DNA of 64,000 nucleotides from Isurus oxyrinchus (GCA_026770705.1 JANJGN010000011.1:98518001-98582000), one strand, 5' to 3'. Counted from the stretch's first letter, positions 12,900-26,072 are shown. The notes: generated from the sequence alone by a model not told the origin. Program-made: numbers and translations.

Positions 12900-15250
12900 A
12901 CAAAGACTCATTTTTTAAGCAGCTTGGCTCTGTCATCCTGAGACTTTTCTGGAAGATGGTGTAATATTCTATCCAAATTTTTTAATGCCTTCATATTGGC
13001 TAATTTCATTACTGGGGGGTCCGATTTGAGAACTTTCAATCTCGGACTCAGCGTCTGAATCCTCAAGTTCACCATTTTCCTTCTTCACTACTTGGAGTAT
13101 GCTCACTGGTTGACCAGCCTCCCTGTCATAGTATCATTTCAGCATGTTTATATGACACACGCGTTGATGCTTCCTCATATCTGGGGTACTAATTACATAG
13201 TTTACCTCATTTGGTTTCTTTTAGGTCCACTAAAGCTAGCCTTCATCTGGCAAAGGTAACAGAACTAGTACTTTATCCCCTGGTTTAAAAGTTTGAGTTT
13301 CAGCTGTCTTGTTTACTCGGATTTTCATTACTTCTTGGGAAACATTAATTTGTTCCTGAGCTACTGTGCAAGCTTCTGACAGTCTTTCTCAAAATTTGTA
13401 CACGTAGCTTAAGAGAGTAATTTCTTCTTTTTTGGGCTATAATTTTCTCTTTAATGAATTTAAGCAGTCTCTTGATTTCATGTCCATAGACTAACTCAAA
13501 AGAACTGAACCCATTTGACTTATTAGGTGTGTCTCTAATGGGAAATGATAAAAATGAAATTCTCTTCTCCTTGGGATATTCAAGACAATAAGCTCTAATC
13601 ATTATTTTTAAGGTTTGATGGCATATTTCCAATGTCCCTTGAGACTGTGGGTGGTATGCAGATGATTTAATCTGCTTTATCCCAAAACTACGCATTGCCT
13701 CCTGGAATATTTGTGACATAAAACTTGATCCCTGATCAGACTGAACTTCTCTGGTAACCAATACCTGGTGAAAAACTGAATTAACTCTTTGGTTCCCTCA
13801 TTTACAGTAATTTTTCTTAGGGGGATTGGCTCTGGGAATTGGTTAGACAAATCTATAATAGTTAAAAAGATATTGATGCCCTGTTTTGGTTCTGAGTAGG
13901 GGTCCTACACAATCCACTGGAGCCCTACTCAATGGTTCATCAAAAGCAGGTACTGGAATCAATGGAGCTGGTTTAATCTACGACTGGCGCTTCTGAAACC
14001 AGTTGGCATGTGTGACATGTCTTGTTGAATTCAACCACATCTCAATGCAATCCTGGCTAATAAAAGTGCTTCATTATTTTCTAAATGACTTGCTTAAATG
14101 ACCTGCCAATGGAATCTCATGGGCAATGCTTAAAATTTTCCTGCAGTAACCAGGAAGGACAACAATTTGATGGACTATTGTCCATTCTTCATCCGCTGGT
14201 CTCTAAGGATGTCTTTGATTCTTCACCAATATGTCATTTTTTAGGTAATAACATTCAGGGACCCTTTCTGATTTTTCTTCAGAAGATGCCAGCTGAGACA
14301 ATGCCCACAAACTACAGTCTGCCTGCTTGGCTTCAACCAAGGCAGTTTGGCTAAATAAATCAGCCTTGTTGTTTTCAGGATCTTTAACCTCATTCAACAT
14401 CCCCCCCACCCCCCAAAAAAAAAAAGCCCTATCTAACTGGACACCTGAATTTTCCTCCCTCCCAACTGATTCTACTTCATCTTGTCTAAACTTATGAGCT
14501 TGGACTCTAGGTACCACACAATCTTTCACCTCAACTGGGTCTCTCTTGAAGCTCTTGGAGTTGCTAATGCTTTCAAACCTGCCAAATCTTTACTCAGTAG
14601 AAAATCTACCCTTCAATAGGACAACTTGGAACAATTCCTACAGTAACAACTCTGTTTAATAAGTTGCTTTGTACATTAACTTAATACAAGGGAATAAGTT
14701 CATAAATCCCATGAATACCCTCCTCAATACTTTTTCTTTCATCAAATTTTCTAGAAGACAAATCGTATCATCAGCCACCAACAATGACTGAACCGCTTCA
14801 GCATCTCTCAAAATTTTAATTTGTTTACTCATTTTGTTGGATGAGTAAGGGAATAATTCTCCTTTAGAGGCAAAATTTCTATAAGCTCCAGCAACCTAAC
14901 TCATTTCATCAGTATCCAGGGAAGAATCCCCTTGACTGCTCTGAACCATTCCACCACTCTAGTAGGTTCTGAGTGAACACTTTGCAAATGTACTATTGCT
15001 ACTGTTTATCACTGTTTCCTTTACTGGTACAGCATTTTTGAAGACTTCTTAGGCATTCCTATTACTGCCACTGATTTAATGTTCAGCTTCCAACAAATTG
15101 CTTTTACATGCCCCATCTTACAGCAATGAAAGCATGCAGGTTTCTTTACATCACTTTTATCTTCTATGCTGCCATTCTTATTGACTGAAACAGCTTCTGC
15201 CTTTTCCCTAAAGCCTGAATCTTTTCTATTCGTCCAGTGCTAGAGCCAAC
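12900..15250 (-). mobile_element. Decayed Gmr1-like Ty3/Gypsy internal region (gag zinc knuckle, protease, integrase)
   Basis: CFHCCKMGHVKAIC at about 15130, protease-like ILRDAEAVQSL at about 14810, integrase QSDQGSSFMS...SAYHPQSQGTLE in ORF 13345..13761. No RT lies between protease and integrase. Confidence 0.8.
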
Positions 15251-16516
15251 AAGGGGGCATACGCATACCATACTGGATTTGGTAACGAGCAAAGATTAGT
15301 GGTCTAAAGCTGTGCGAAAATTTCTCAAAGAGTGATCATAATATAATCAAGTTCAATGTATTGCTTGAAAGGGAGAGACACAGAAGAGCTACTAAGGTTC
15401 TAAATTTAGATAAGGTTGACCTACAATGTGATGAAACAGAACTGATTACAGTAAACTGGGCAAATCTGTTAATGGGTCAAAGTGACAGTGGGAGCTGTTC
15501 ACAAAAAATTGTACGCAGAATCAGTTTATAATTCCATGGGGCAAGAGCTCCACTTGTCCAAGAAAACTACGGGTGATAAAAGAGATGAAGGACAACATAA
15601 AAGTAAAAGAAAAAGCACACAAAAAAATAGCATAGGCTCTGTGACTGGGAGAGATAAAAAGAACAAAAGTAACATAACAGGCAGTAAGGCTAAAAAAAGG
15701 GGGATTACAAAAAGAAATATGCAAAGGATATGAAAAGCAACACAGAAGATTTTTACAATTACATTAGAAAAAAGAGGGTGGTTAGAAGCAATGAGAGCCT
15801 CCTGAAAACTGAAAACAGTGATATTATCAATGAAAATAAGGAAGTGGCAGACATATTGAATAATTGATTTGTGCCAGCATTCAAAGTAGAAGAGGCTAAC
15901 AGACTGTCTCAATTAAACTGACATTAAAACAGGGGACAGAACATACCAAAATTGACTTAAGCAACTATTCACCATATTTATTAATAACTAAATAATGGAA
16001 TAGAAAGCCACTTGTCCAAGTTTGACAATGACACAAAAATAGCAGCATTGTAAGTTGTATAATGGAAGCATAAAATTACGAAGAGATAAAAATAGATTGG
16101 TGTGCGGACAAAACTACGGAAAACAGATTTCACTGTAGGCAAATGTTAAGTCATCGACTTTGGACCTAAAAAGTATAGAACAGGGTACTTTCTCAAGAGG
16201 GAAAACTAGAAACAGTGGAGGTCTAAAGAGATGTGAGGGTTCAGGTACATAGATTATTGAAATTTCACAGAAAATAATCACAAAGGATAATGGAATGCTG
16301 ACCTTAATAGCGAGAAGACTAGAATACAAGGTGCTAGAGGGTAGAAGTTAAGCTTCAGCTACACAAAACCTTGATTAGGCCAGGCCTAGAGCTCTGAACA
16401 GTTCTAGGAAGGATGGAGCGGCCTTCAAGGCAGTGCAGTGTAGATTTACCAAGATTCCAAGGGCTGAATTATGAAGAAAGATTAGGGTTGTATTCCCTAG
16501 AAGATGGTTAAGGGGT

Positions 16517-17682
16517 TGTCATGAAGCTATTAATGTATATAACATTATTGGAAATTATTTTTTTAAAAATAGAGGGTTAGTCTGTGGGTGTGTCTTAATT
16601 GGATTAAAGACAGCTAGTCTGGGTGCCTGGGTGCTTTGATGTATACTAGTTTTGAGATGTAAGAGAGGTAGAGTCTGATTTCTGAAATTACAGCTACATC
16701 TCAAACATAACACTTAAAGTATGGGTTATGACAGCTGTTTAAAGTTTCCCTCTTGATTTTAAATAAAGCTTTACCAACTGCTGGGTCATAGAGGTCTACA
16801 GCACAGAAAAAGGCCCTTCAGCTCATCGAGTCTGTACTGGTACTTAACTATTCTAACCCCATTTTTCAGTACTAGGCCTTGTACACCATGGCATTGCAAA
16901 TGCACATCTAAATACTCCTTAAATGTAATGAGAGTTTCTGCCTCTACCACCTTTCAGGCAGTGAGTTCCCGCCACCTTCTGGGTGAAAAAATTCTTCCAC
17001 ACATCCCCTCTAAACCTCCTGTCCCTTACCTGAAATCTATGCCCCCTGGTTATTGATCCCTCCATCAAGGGGAAAAGTTCCTTCCTGTCTACCCTATCTA
17101 TGCTCATAATTTTATATACCTCAATCATGTCATCCCTCAATCTCCTCTGCTCCAGGGAAAATAACCCCAGTCTATCCAATCTCTCCTCATAACTAAAACT
17201 CTCCAGCCCAGGCAACATCCTGGTAAATCTCCTCTGCACTCTCTCTAGTGCAATCACATCCTTCCTATAATGCGGATTCCAAAACTGCACGCAATACTCT
17301 AGCTGTGGCCTAACCAGCATTTTATACAGTTCCAGCATAACCTCCCTGCTCTTTTATTCTATGCCTTGGCTAATAAAGGCAAGTATCCCATATGCCTTCT
17401 TAACCACCTTATCTAGCCGTCCCGCTACCTCAAGGGGCCGGTGGACATGTACACCAAGATCCCTCTGATCTTCAGTACTTCCCAGGGTCCTACCATTCAT
17501 CGTGTATTCCCGTGCCTTGTTTGACCTGCCCCAGTGCATCACCTCATACTTATCCAGATTAAATTCCATTTGCCACTGATCAGCCCATCTGACCAGCCCG
17601 TCAATATCCTCCTGTAATCTAAGGCTATCCTCCTCACTATTTACCACAACACTAATTTTCGTGTCATCCACGGGTCATAACA
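16517..17682 (+). mobile_element. Solo LTR (about 277 bp net of the CR1 insert) with a 5-bp TSD
   Basis: Termini TGTCATGA...TCATAACA; TSD GGGGT at 16512-16516 and 17683-17687. A fragment of the same family lies inverted at about 48015-48200. Confidence 0.8.
16791..17671 (-). mobile_element. Relatively young 5'-truncated CR1 LINE
   Basis: ORFs 17354..17671 and 16919..17338 (LVRPQLEYCVQFW) plus the 3' tail; TSD GGGTCATA at 16783-16790 and 17672-17679. Confidence 0.9.
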
Positions 17683-17777
17683 GGGGTGATTCAAGATATT
17701 AAGGTATACAGGTAGGGTAAATCGTGTGATACTGTATCTTTTGACTGGGGAGCCTAGTACTAGAAGGTACTGTCTAA

Positions 17778-17906
17778 GGCCAGGATTTTCTGGTCCTGTC
17801 TCGGGCGGGACCCGCTGCGGGCGAGGTGGTGCCCCAACCAGAAGTCCACTGACTTGCGGCGGGAGCAGAAGATCGCGGCAGCGGGTGGGTGCGGAAAATC
17901 CCGCCC
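17778..17906. mobile_element. 129-bp Harbinger/Tourist-like MITE
   Basis: TIRs GGCCAGGATTTTC / GAAAATCCCGCCC, perfect TAA TSD, CpG-rich. Confidence 0.8.
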
Positions 17907-18539
17907 TAAAATTAGAATCAGAATATTTAGGAGTGAAATTAGGAAACACTTCTACACACAAAGGGTGGTAGAAGTTTGGAACTCTCTTCTGCAAGTGGCA
18001 ATTGGTGCTAGATCAATCTGAGATTGACTGATACCCAAAGGAATTAAGGAATATGAGGCAAAGGTGGATAAATAGAATTAGGTCACAGGTCAGCTATGAT
18101 TTCATTGAAAGGTGAAAAAGGTTCAAGGAACTAAATGGTCTTCTCCTGCTCCTATCATCCTACCTCAGAAAATGCAACATTTCCTCAACAGTGTAACATA
18201 AGAACAGGAACAAACTGTTTTATTCTGGAAAGCCAATTGGTAAAGGATCGTATGTCTCACTTATATCAACAGAGTTAAATATTATAAGCATTTACCGTCT
18301 AACTGTCACCCAATCCCTTTATATGTGTTTCAGTAAATCTCTATTTAAAGTCCATCACTTGCATACAGTTAAACAAAATTAATATTCAATTAACACTTGG
18401 AACTTGAACCCATGACCTTTTTAACTCAGGTGAGAGTGCTCCACTAAGCCAAGATGACACTATTATTGACAGCAAAAAATGTACAATCATATACATCAGC
18501 TTAGGGGACTATAATTTCACTGTCTCTCATTTTCTATGA

Positions 18540-19470
18540 ATTGCTTCCTAGCGGTGGATCATTTACTTAAGACTTTAACGAATAACAATATTATACTTGG
18601 AGGGAAAATTATTTTCCAGGGAGGTGATTTTCTGCAGCTCCTACCAGCTATTCCTGGAACATCAAGAGATATATTGTAGGAAGTTGTATTAACAAAAGCA
18701 ATATATGCCACAACTGAGGAATTTCAAGCTTAAAGAAAACATGAGGTTAACACCCAACAAAAAATTGCAGATTGGCTTCTTAAACTAGGGGGTGAAAAAT
18801 TGGAAGATTTAATTGAAATTCCATAGAAATGGTTTTCCAAGGAGTCAAATTTTGTTGGTTTCCTATTTGGTGAAAGCATTCTGCTTATATTTGGAAGTTA
18901 TTCTTTGTGCTAAAAATGAAAGTTTGCTAGATTTGAATAAAAAAGTTTTAGAAAAGTTGTCAGGTGAATTTAAAAAAAATGCATGTGTCAACTTTATAGA
19001 TTATGATAATAACAATTTGTATCCTCTAGGGTGCCTACAGTCTAACTCTAACAGGCATGCCATTGGATAAATTTAGACTCAAAGAAGAGGCACTTGTAAT
19101 GTTGCTATGAATCTTGAATCCCAAACAAAGACTTTGTAATGGAAGAAGATTGGTAGTTAGGAAGCTGGTTTCTTCAATGATATATGCTGCAATTATAACA
19201 GGCAGAATTCAAGGAAATAAAGTGCTTATTCCTCAAATAACAGAGTAAACCTGTCTTTCCAACCCAACAGAAAATAGATCCCAATTAGACTTTCAATTTC
19301 AATGATGATAAACAAGTCACAGGGTCTGACTTCTGACGAAATTTGTATTTATATTCCTAGATCTGTCTTTAGATATGGACCGTTTTATGTAGCTTTTTCC
19401 AGAGTGAGAAGTGTTAATTCTGTTGAAAGTCTTTGGTAAAAGAATAACTAGAAATTTTGTACATTGGAAT
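18540..19470 (+). mobile_element. Decayed Helitron RepHel helicase (PIF1-like) fragment
   Basis: In order, broken by stops and frameshifts: LGGKIIFQGGDFLQLLP, LKENMR, LCNG, RLSISMMINKSQGLT, VFRYGPFYVAFSRVRS. Confidence 0.85.
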
Positions 19471-19834
19471 AAAGATACTAACTTGACCACAAATGTCTTG
19501 CCACTCTCTGCCAGTTTTAATTATTACTTATATTCTCTGACTTGGAATTTAAATCTATGACAAACTTGTTGAAGTAAATCAAGTGGAAATTATACTCCAT
19601 TGTTTTCCATGTTCTTGGAAGAACAATTAGAGGAACTATCCAGGAATACTTTGAAATTCTTGCAGTGACATCTTGCTTCCATTGCCAGCCTTATCCAGCT
19701 GTGCATGAAGTAAAACTAATAACAGACAGCATTCTCGTGAAGAATGTAACAGAAGCTGAAAACTTAAGGCCAAAAAGAGAATAATTATTATCCAACAGGA
19801 CCACATACAGATCTGAACTAAAGCTGTTGTTTAC

Positions 19835-19935
19835 CTCAAAGATTGAATCCAGCTCTTGAGACTTAGGCAGGGAGCAATATCTTCATGCTTCAATGTAGAT
19901 CTTACATCAAAACGAGTAATTCCATCTGATGCATG
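19835..19935 (-). CDS. TPP2: TPP2 exon (~19), 101 nt
   Basis: TTTAG|CAT...GAG|GTAAA. Encodes HASDGITRFDVRSTLKHEDIAPCLSLKSWIQSL(R). Confidence 0.97.
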
Positions 19936-20189
19936 CTAAATTGAACAAATATTAAAAACATAGGATCTGCTGAAATAACAAGTTTTGACCACGTGAAGCA
20001 AGTCATTCTAGGCCATACACTATCAGAATTAGCTTACTCAAATGAAATGTTTGTGTATTAAATGTAACAAAAGCATGCCCTTGGTGTTTGAAAGATCCAT
20101 TTACTGAATTTTGAGACACCATAAATGCTATAAGCAAACAACAAATGAACTAGCACTAACCAGCACCTCAAGTGACCCAAAGTATTTCA

Positions 20190-20950
20190 CAGTGAAGTCA
20201 TGAACTTTGATAGGAAGAATAAGGAGAGCCATTACAAACAAAATGGTGCAATTTTAAAGGGGTGCAACAACAGGGGGAGCTGGCACTGTACGTACAACAA
20301 TCTTGGAAGGTGGTGGAACAAGTTGAGAAGGCTGTTAAAAAAAACATATAAGATCCTTGATTTTATAAACCAAGGCAGCACTCAAGTGCTAGGAAGTTAT
20401 GCTAAAGCTTTATAAATCACTGGCTAGGCCTCAACTGGAGGCATCATACTTCAGGAAGGATGTCACGGCCTTATGAGAATGCAGAGTAGATTTTACTGAA
20501 CTGATGGCAGGGATGCTGGACTTCAGTTACTTGGAGAGACTACAAACTCTGGAATGGTTCTCCTCAGAACAAAGTAGGTTAAAGGGAGACTGAATGAAGC
20601 TTTTTAACAACATTGTGAAAGTTTCTCCTTATTTACTTTATCAAAACCTATTTTCAATGGCAGATGGTTCAGTAACCAGAGGACACATATTTAAGGAATT
20701 GTAAAATAATGAGCGGTAAAGTAAGGACAAATAGTTTTATTCTGAAAGCTGGTATGTTCTGGAATACATTGCCTGAAAGAATGGTCAAAGCAAATTCAAT
20801 AGTAATGCTCAAAAGGGAATTGGTAAATAATTGAAGGAGAAATTTGTGCAGGGCACAGGGTGTGACTACTTGGATAGTCCTTTCAAAAAACCAGCACTGG
20901 CACAGTGGGTCGGATTGTCTCCTTCTGCACTGTACCATTCTATAATTCTG
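20190..20950 (+). mobile_element. Decayed CR1 3' fragment
   Basis: Remnants of LYKSLARPQLE and the typical CR1 3' UTR. Confidence 0.7.
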
Positions 20951-21211
20951 TTACGCTAAGAGAACTTCATACGCACAGGCAAATGTTTCCAGGTAGTTTG
21001 AAAGTACAATAAATAACTGATATTTTTGATTTCAGATGGGGTTTGAAAATTTTGTTTACAAACAGTTAAAATCCATGTCACATAACCTGCTTCTGCAACT
21101 GATCTCAACTACATACAACATTAACAACATTCCTTCTCCAGAGCTACAATGCTCCAAATAAAATCTAAAATATTTGTCTTCTTAATACCAAAACATAAAG
21201 TTAGAACTTAC

Positions 21212-21328
21212 AATGTGCAGCTGGGAGGGTGTGCAAAGGAGGCCATGGAAGGAAATTGTGTAGTTGATATTGACATCACCAAGACTGGCCCACCAGCGGG
21301 CAATGCAAAACTCTACAGTTTTGCCATA
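21212..21328 (-). CDS. TPP2: TPP2 exon (~18), 117 nt
   Basis: TCTAG|TAT...ATT|GTAAG. Encodes [39 protein letters not shown]; follows a 108-nt intron. Confidence 0.97.
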
Positions 21329-21436
21329 CTAGAAACAGTAAAATAAAACAGGTACATTAATTTTAAAAGCTAAATTCTAACAGTTTAGATGCCAAAAGTC
21401 ATAAAGCTTTTACTATATTGTCGAATTTGTGCTCAC

Positions 21437-21591
21437 CAAAACCGGAAATGCCTCACAACATGATCCTTTCTCCGAAAGTGATGTGAATTTATAAAACTCA
21501 TTAGTACGATAAGCCTTTTGTTTTTCAAGTTGAACTGCATGGAGGACAAACTTTGAGGAAACGTCAGATGAAAGTGAAGACATGGTGACCT
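21437..21591 (-). CDS. TPP2: TPP2 exon (~17), 155 nt
   Basis: TTCAG|AG...TTG|GTGAG. Encodes [51 protein letters not shown]. Confidence 0.97.
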
Positions 21592-22324
21592 CTGAATAGA
21601 AGAAACCGAAGTATTAAAACAAACAGCAATGGACACAAGCACTTCTCCCTTTAATGAAATGGCTGGAAGATAGCCGTGCATTCTTATAGCAGCAAAGACG
21701 ACTCCTTTGATATGAAAGCATGTATCACATATCTTTTGCTGGAGAAGGTGGGAGGGAAAGCCTAAAGAGAGGAAGAGCAAGGTTTGCTTGCTGGAAAAGC
21801 AGCAATACTCCTCCTGGGCCAAGATGAACTTTACGAAAATAAATTTACCTGGGCCTCTTCTAGCCTAACGTCAAATAAAGTCATATGGCAGTGCCAGTGA
21901 AAACATTGGGCCACAACCTTTCCCTCTGGATTAGTCTCCCACCTGCATGGGGAGGGTGGCCTCTGCATTGCTGAAATCCCACATGCAAAATGTGTGGAGC
22001 AGGCTGGGCTAAAACGTTAATCTTACAATTATTCATTAATTACAATATTCCTTCCACTAGGTGCATTAGTGAGAACAGTGCTCTATCACTCATGATGGGA
22101 AACCATTTTGCCAGATTTGAAGTGATAGATTTTTGTTTATCCTTTCACATGGGTGTCACTGGCTAAGCCAGTTTTGCTTTTGCCCATTCCGAATTGCCCT
22201 TGGAAAGGTGGTGGTGAGCTGCCTTCTTGAACCACTGTAGTCCATGTGGTGTAGGTACACTCACAGTGCTGTTAGGGAGGGAGTTCAAGGATTTTGACCC
22301 AGGATTGGTTTTCAGACAAAATAA

Positions 22325-24150
22325 GAAATTTACCGGAACACAGAGGCCTGAACAGTCCCCATCCACCACCACTCTCCTCTGACTGGCTGAACTTCTCTCA
22401 CTGAACAATTTCTCCTTAAACTTAAAGGTGTGGCTATGGGTACCTGCATGGGCCCCAGTTATGTCTGTCTCTTTATGGGAACATTCCTTGTTCCAGCCCT
22501 ACTCAGGCCCCCTCCCACAACTCTTTCTCCGGTACATCGATGACTGTTTTGGTGCTGCTTCATGCTCTCGTCTGGACCTGGAAAAATTTATCAATTTTTG
22601 CTTCCAATTTCCACCCTTCCATCACCTTCACATGGTCCATCTCCGACACTTCCCTTTCATTCCTTTACCTCTCTGTCTCAATTTCTGGTGATAGATTGTG
22701 CACCAATATTCATTACAAGCCCACCGGGGCCCACAGCTACCTCAACTACAGCTCCTCACACCCTGCTTCCTGTAAGGATTCCATCCCATTCTCAGTTCCT
22801 TCGCCTCTGTCCCATCTGTTCTGATGATGCCATGTTCCAAAATGGCGCTTCTGACATGTCTTCCTTCTTCCATTACCAAGGTTTCCCACTCACTGTGGTT
22901 GACAGCGCCCTCAACCGTGTCCAATCCATCTCCCGTGCCTCTGCCCTCACCCCTTCCTCTCCCTCCCAGTGCTATGAGGGGGACCCTCTTGTCCTCACTT
23001 ATCACCCCATCAGCCTCTGCATTCAAAGGATCATCCTCTGCCATTTCTGCCAATGCCAGCATGATGCCACCAAACAGATCTTCACCTCACCTCCCCGTCA
23101 GAATTCCGTAGGGACCATTCCCTCTGAGACACCCTGGTCCACTCCTTCATCACCCCCAACACCTCATTCCCCACTCACGGCACCTTCCCATTCAATCGCA
23201 GAAGGTGCAACACCTGCCCCTTTACCTCTTCCCTCCTCACTGTCCAAGGGCCCAAACACTCCTTTCAGGTGAAGCAGTGCTTCACTTGCACCTCCTTCAA
23301 TTTGGTCTACTGCATTTGCTGCTCTCAATGTGGTCACCTCTATACTGGAGAGACCAAACGCAGGCTGGGTGACCGCTTTGCAGAACACCTCTGGTCTGTC
23401 CACAAGCATGACCCAAACCTTCTTGTTGGTTGCCATTTTAACACACCATCCTGCTCTCATGCCCACATGTCCATCCTTGGCCTGCTGCAATGTTCCAGTG
23501 AAGCTCAACGCAAACTGGAGGAACAGCACCTCATCTTCTGATGAGGCACTTTACAACATTCCGGATTTAACATTGAGTTCAACAACTTCAGACCATGAAC
23601 TCTCTCCTCTATCCTTACCCCTTTTTTATCCCCTTTCTCAATATTCATTTTCATTTTAAAATTTTTTTTTACCAACTTATTTTTATTTATTTTCATTTTT
23701 ACTCATCGTTTTATCCCCTTTTATCCTATTTTCAAGCTTTTTTCCCCACCATCGTCCCCTATCCCAACAAGGGCTGTCTGTCACCTGTTCATGTTGTTCT
23801 TTTCAGAGTACTTACCCTTCTCCTGCTATTATCATAGTCTGCTTTCAGAACTTAATGGCACTATCAGCACCTCCTTTAGCCCTTACCACTACCATTAACA
23901 CCCACTCTGTCCTTTTGTTCAATCTCTCCTTTGCCCCCACCTATCGCTGGCCTTCTATCCAGCTTCACCTGCTCCACCCCCCCTTAAACAGTATAATTTT
24001 CATTACATTTATAATTCTCTTTAGCTCCGAAGAGTCATATGGATTTGAAATGTTAGCTCTGTTTTTCTCTCCACAGTATGTTAGACTGCTGAGTTTTTCC
24101 AGCATTTTCTGTTTTTGTTTCAGATTTCCAGCATCTGCAGCATTTTGCCT
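22325..24150 (+). mobile_element. Penelope-like element (RT YIDD, GIY-YIG, 3' region)
   Basis: FLRYIDDCFGAASC in ORF 22428..22691; NLVYCICCSQCGHLYTGETKR in ORF 23269..23541; degenerate hammerhead at about 24023-24058. Confidence 0.9.
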
Positions 24151-24270
24151 TTATCCAAGAAATGTACCCTATTTCAAACTGTAAAGTTTAAAAGATAAAA
24201 TAAAAATCTAAAATAAAAAAATTGTTAAAAATAAATATTTTATTTTTTCTACATAAAACAAAGCTCTTAC

Positions 24271-24377
24271 CAGCCCAGGTAGCACCCCAAGGTACTTCAA
24301 TAAAGTGTCTTCTAATTTGGCCAGGCTTAAACTGAACATCACTGTATGCAAGATCATAACTAGAGGTTTCATGTAAC
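24271..24377 (-). CDS. TPP2: TPP2 exon (~16), 107 nt
   Basis: TACAG|G...CTG|GTAAG. Encodes LHETSSYDLAYSDVQFKPGQIRRHFIEVPWGATWA(E). Confidence 0.97.
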
Positions 24378-24479
24378 CTGTAACCAAAAAATTATATTAA
24401 TTACATGGTGATTCATAGAGTGAATCAGAATCTGATTAATAGAATCTAAAATGTATTCATTTTTTATACCTATTCTGGG

Positions 24480-25450
24480 TGTTGTCAGCAGGATTATAGC
24501 TGGACTGAAAGAATTTGAACAGGATGTTCTGAAAGAAGGGGAGCTTCAGCTGGAGAGAACAAATGGGACAAGAGTGAACTTTCTGAGGAGGGGGTGATAA
24601 CGGCAGTTCTGAAAGAAGAAAGGAGGGTGCCAAAACAAAGAAAGCCATTAATAGAGCCAAATAAGCATGGGGTGGGGTGGGTGACTGTAGGCAGGAGTGC
24701 CAACTGAGTGTTCAGAAATTGAATGAGGAGTGAATCAAGAGAACAGGAGATGAATCTCACATAGCAGATAAGCTTAAGACAGAATGGGAAGATCAGAGAG
24801 AAACTGAAAAACTATCATTGGTTGGGGATCAGATTTTAGCTGGTCAGGAGCAGGCAAGGAGGGTGAGTTTGTGACATAAAAATAGGGGATGGGGTGCTGG
24901 AGGTAGGATGGAGGGTGTTTGTAACTGGCTGTGAGCAGAAGAGAAGGGTGAGATGGTGGCAAGACAGCTTTTTGTTGGTACTGGAGATGAGGAGATATGG
25001 AGTGCAGGAAAGGTAGGATAGGAGTTTAAGAAGATGGTTCGCCATTTAGAAAAGGAATGCTGGGGCATACCTCATTAAGATGATCCTATTGTAATAAGAG
25101 AATTTGGCTGAAGTGCTCAACATGGTATAGCCAAATCTGATTTTGAATAAGCAGTCACATGCCAGATACATTTTTTTAGTTTGCAGCCCTCAGACATAAG
25201 GAAGTGAAGTTGTGGGCTGCACTAGAAGGAAGGACAGGGTGGGAAGTGATTGACCATCTATATGAATAAGGCCATTGTTGGCAAGCCAACAGTCAATAGA
25301 GGTACATGACTGATGAATAACTAGAGCAGCAGGAATGAATTATTTGGTGCAAGAGATTTTCAGGGGCAGATGGCGAAAATAGTGAGGTGGGGGAGGTTCA
25401 TGAATTTCAACCAAAAACGTAATGGAATTGACAGATTTACTTAAAACCTT
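24480..25450 (-). mobile_element. Decayed L2-like LINE ORF2 fragment
   Basis: Purine-rich plus strand typical of antisense L2 ORF2; no intact ORF. Confidence 0.45.
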
Positions 25451-26072
25451 TGAAACTTCTGAAAAGTTGTTTCAATACTGGTAGAACTCTAAGAGCTTGG
25501 CTGAGGCAGGTCAGTCGCAATAATTAGCTATTCACCTTTTGGCAGGCTCTTCAGGGGTCTATGCAGGTAATTGGAGGGGGAAAAAAGTCACATTTCTGCT
25601 GGATCAATTACAATGAAAATGAAAGGAGTGGCATCTGATTCACATTGATCAGAGACAGTAACTCACATGGTTCCCAGGAATGAAAGTCACAGGAGGAAGA
25701 AAAATCAATGATTTGCTTACATGATTGACAAAAGCAAATCAACAGGGAGAAAAGAAATGATGAAGAAGTTAGATATGCTGCAGACAAAAGTCTACTAGAA
25801 ACTGAAGCAACATGTAATATATTATTTTAGCAGATCTCTGATGACATGGTCATAGGTGGTCTAGGGTCTAACATATGATTGTAATTTTAGCTGCCAACTT
25901 AATCTGAACATTTAAGGCCAGTGCTCTAAATAGCTAAAGTTAAATACTATGAAACATGTACAAACAACCACCCTCAAAAAACTGCCCCCACCTAACACAG
26001 GCCCTCTATCCAGCTCTACCTGTCCCACCCCCCTCAACCAGCTTATATTTCATCTCATTTCTATTTTTCCTT

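Larger units (their letters stand above)
15350..18160 (+). mobile_element. Old CR1 LINE hosting nested insertions
   Basis: Decayed ORF2 and 3' UTR; the host sequence GGTTAAGGGGT|GATT resumes after the LTR. Confidence 0.7.

Noticed and set aside
21433-21822. 129-aa ORF overlapping exon 17
   Set aside because: Different frame from TPP2 and extends into the intron; no coding signature.
22562-23272. 236-aa ORF as a gene
   Set aside because: It is a frameshift mosaic of a decayed Penelope RT and its alternative frames.
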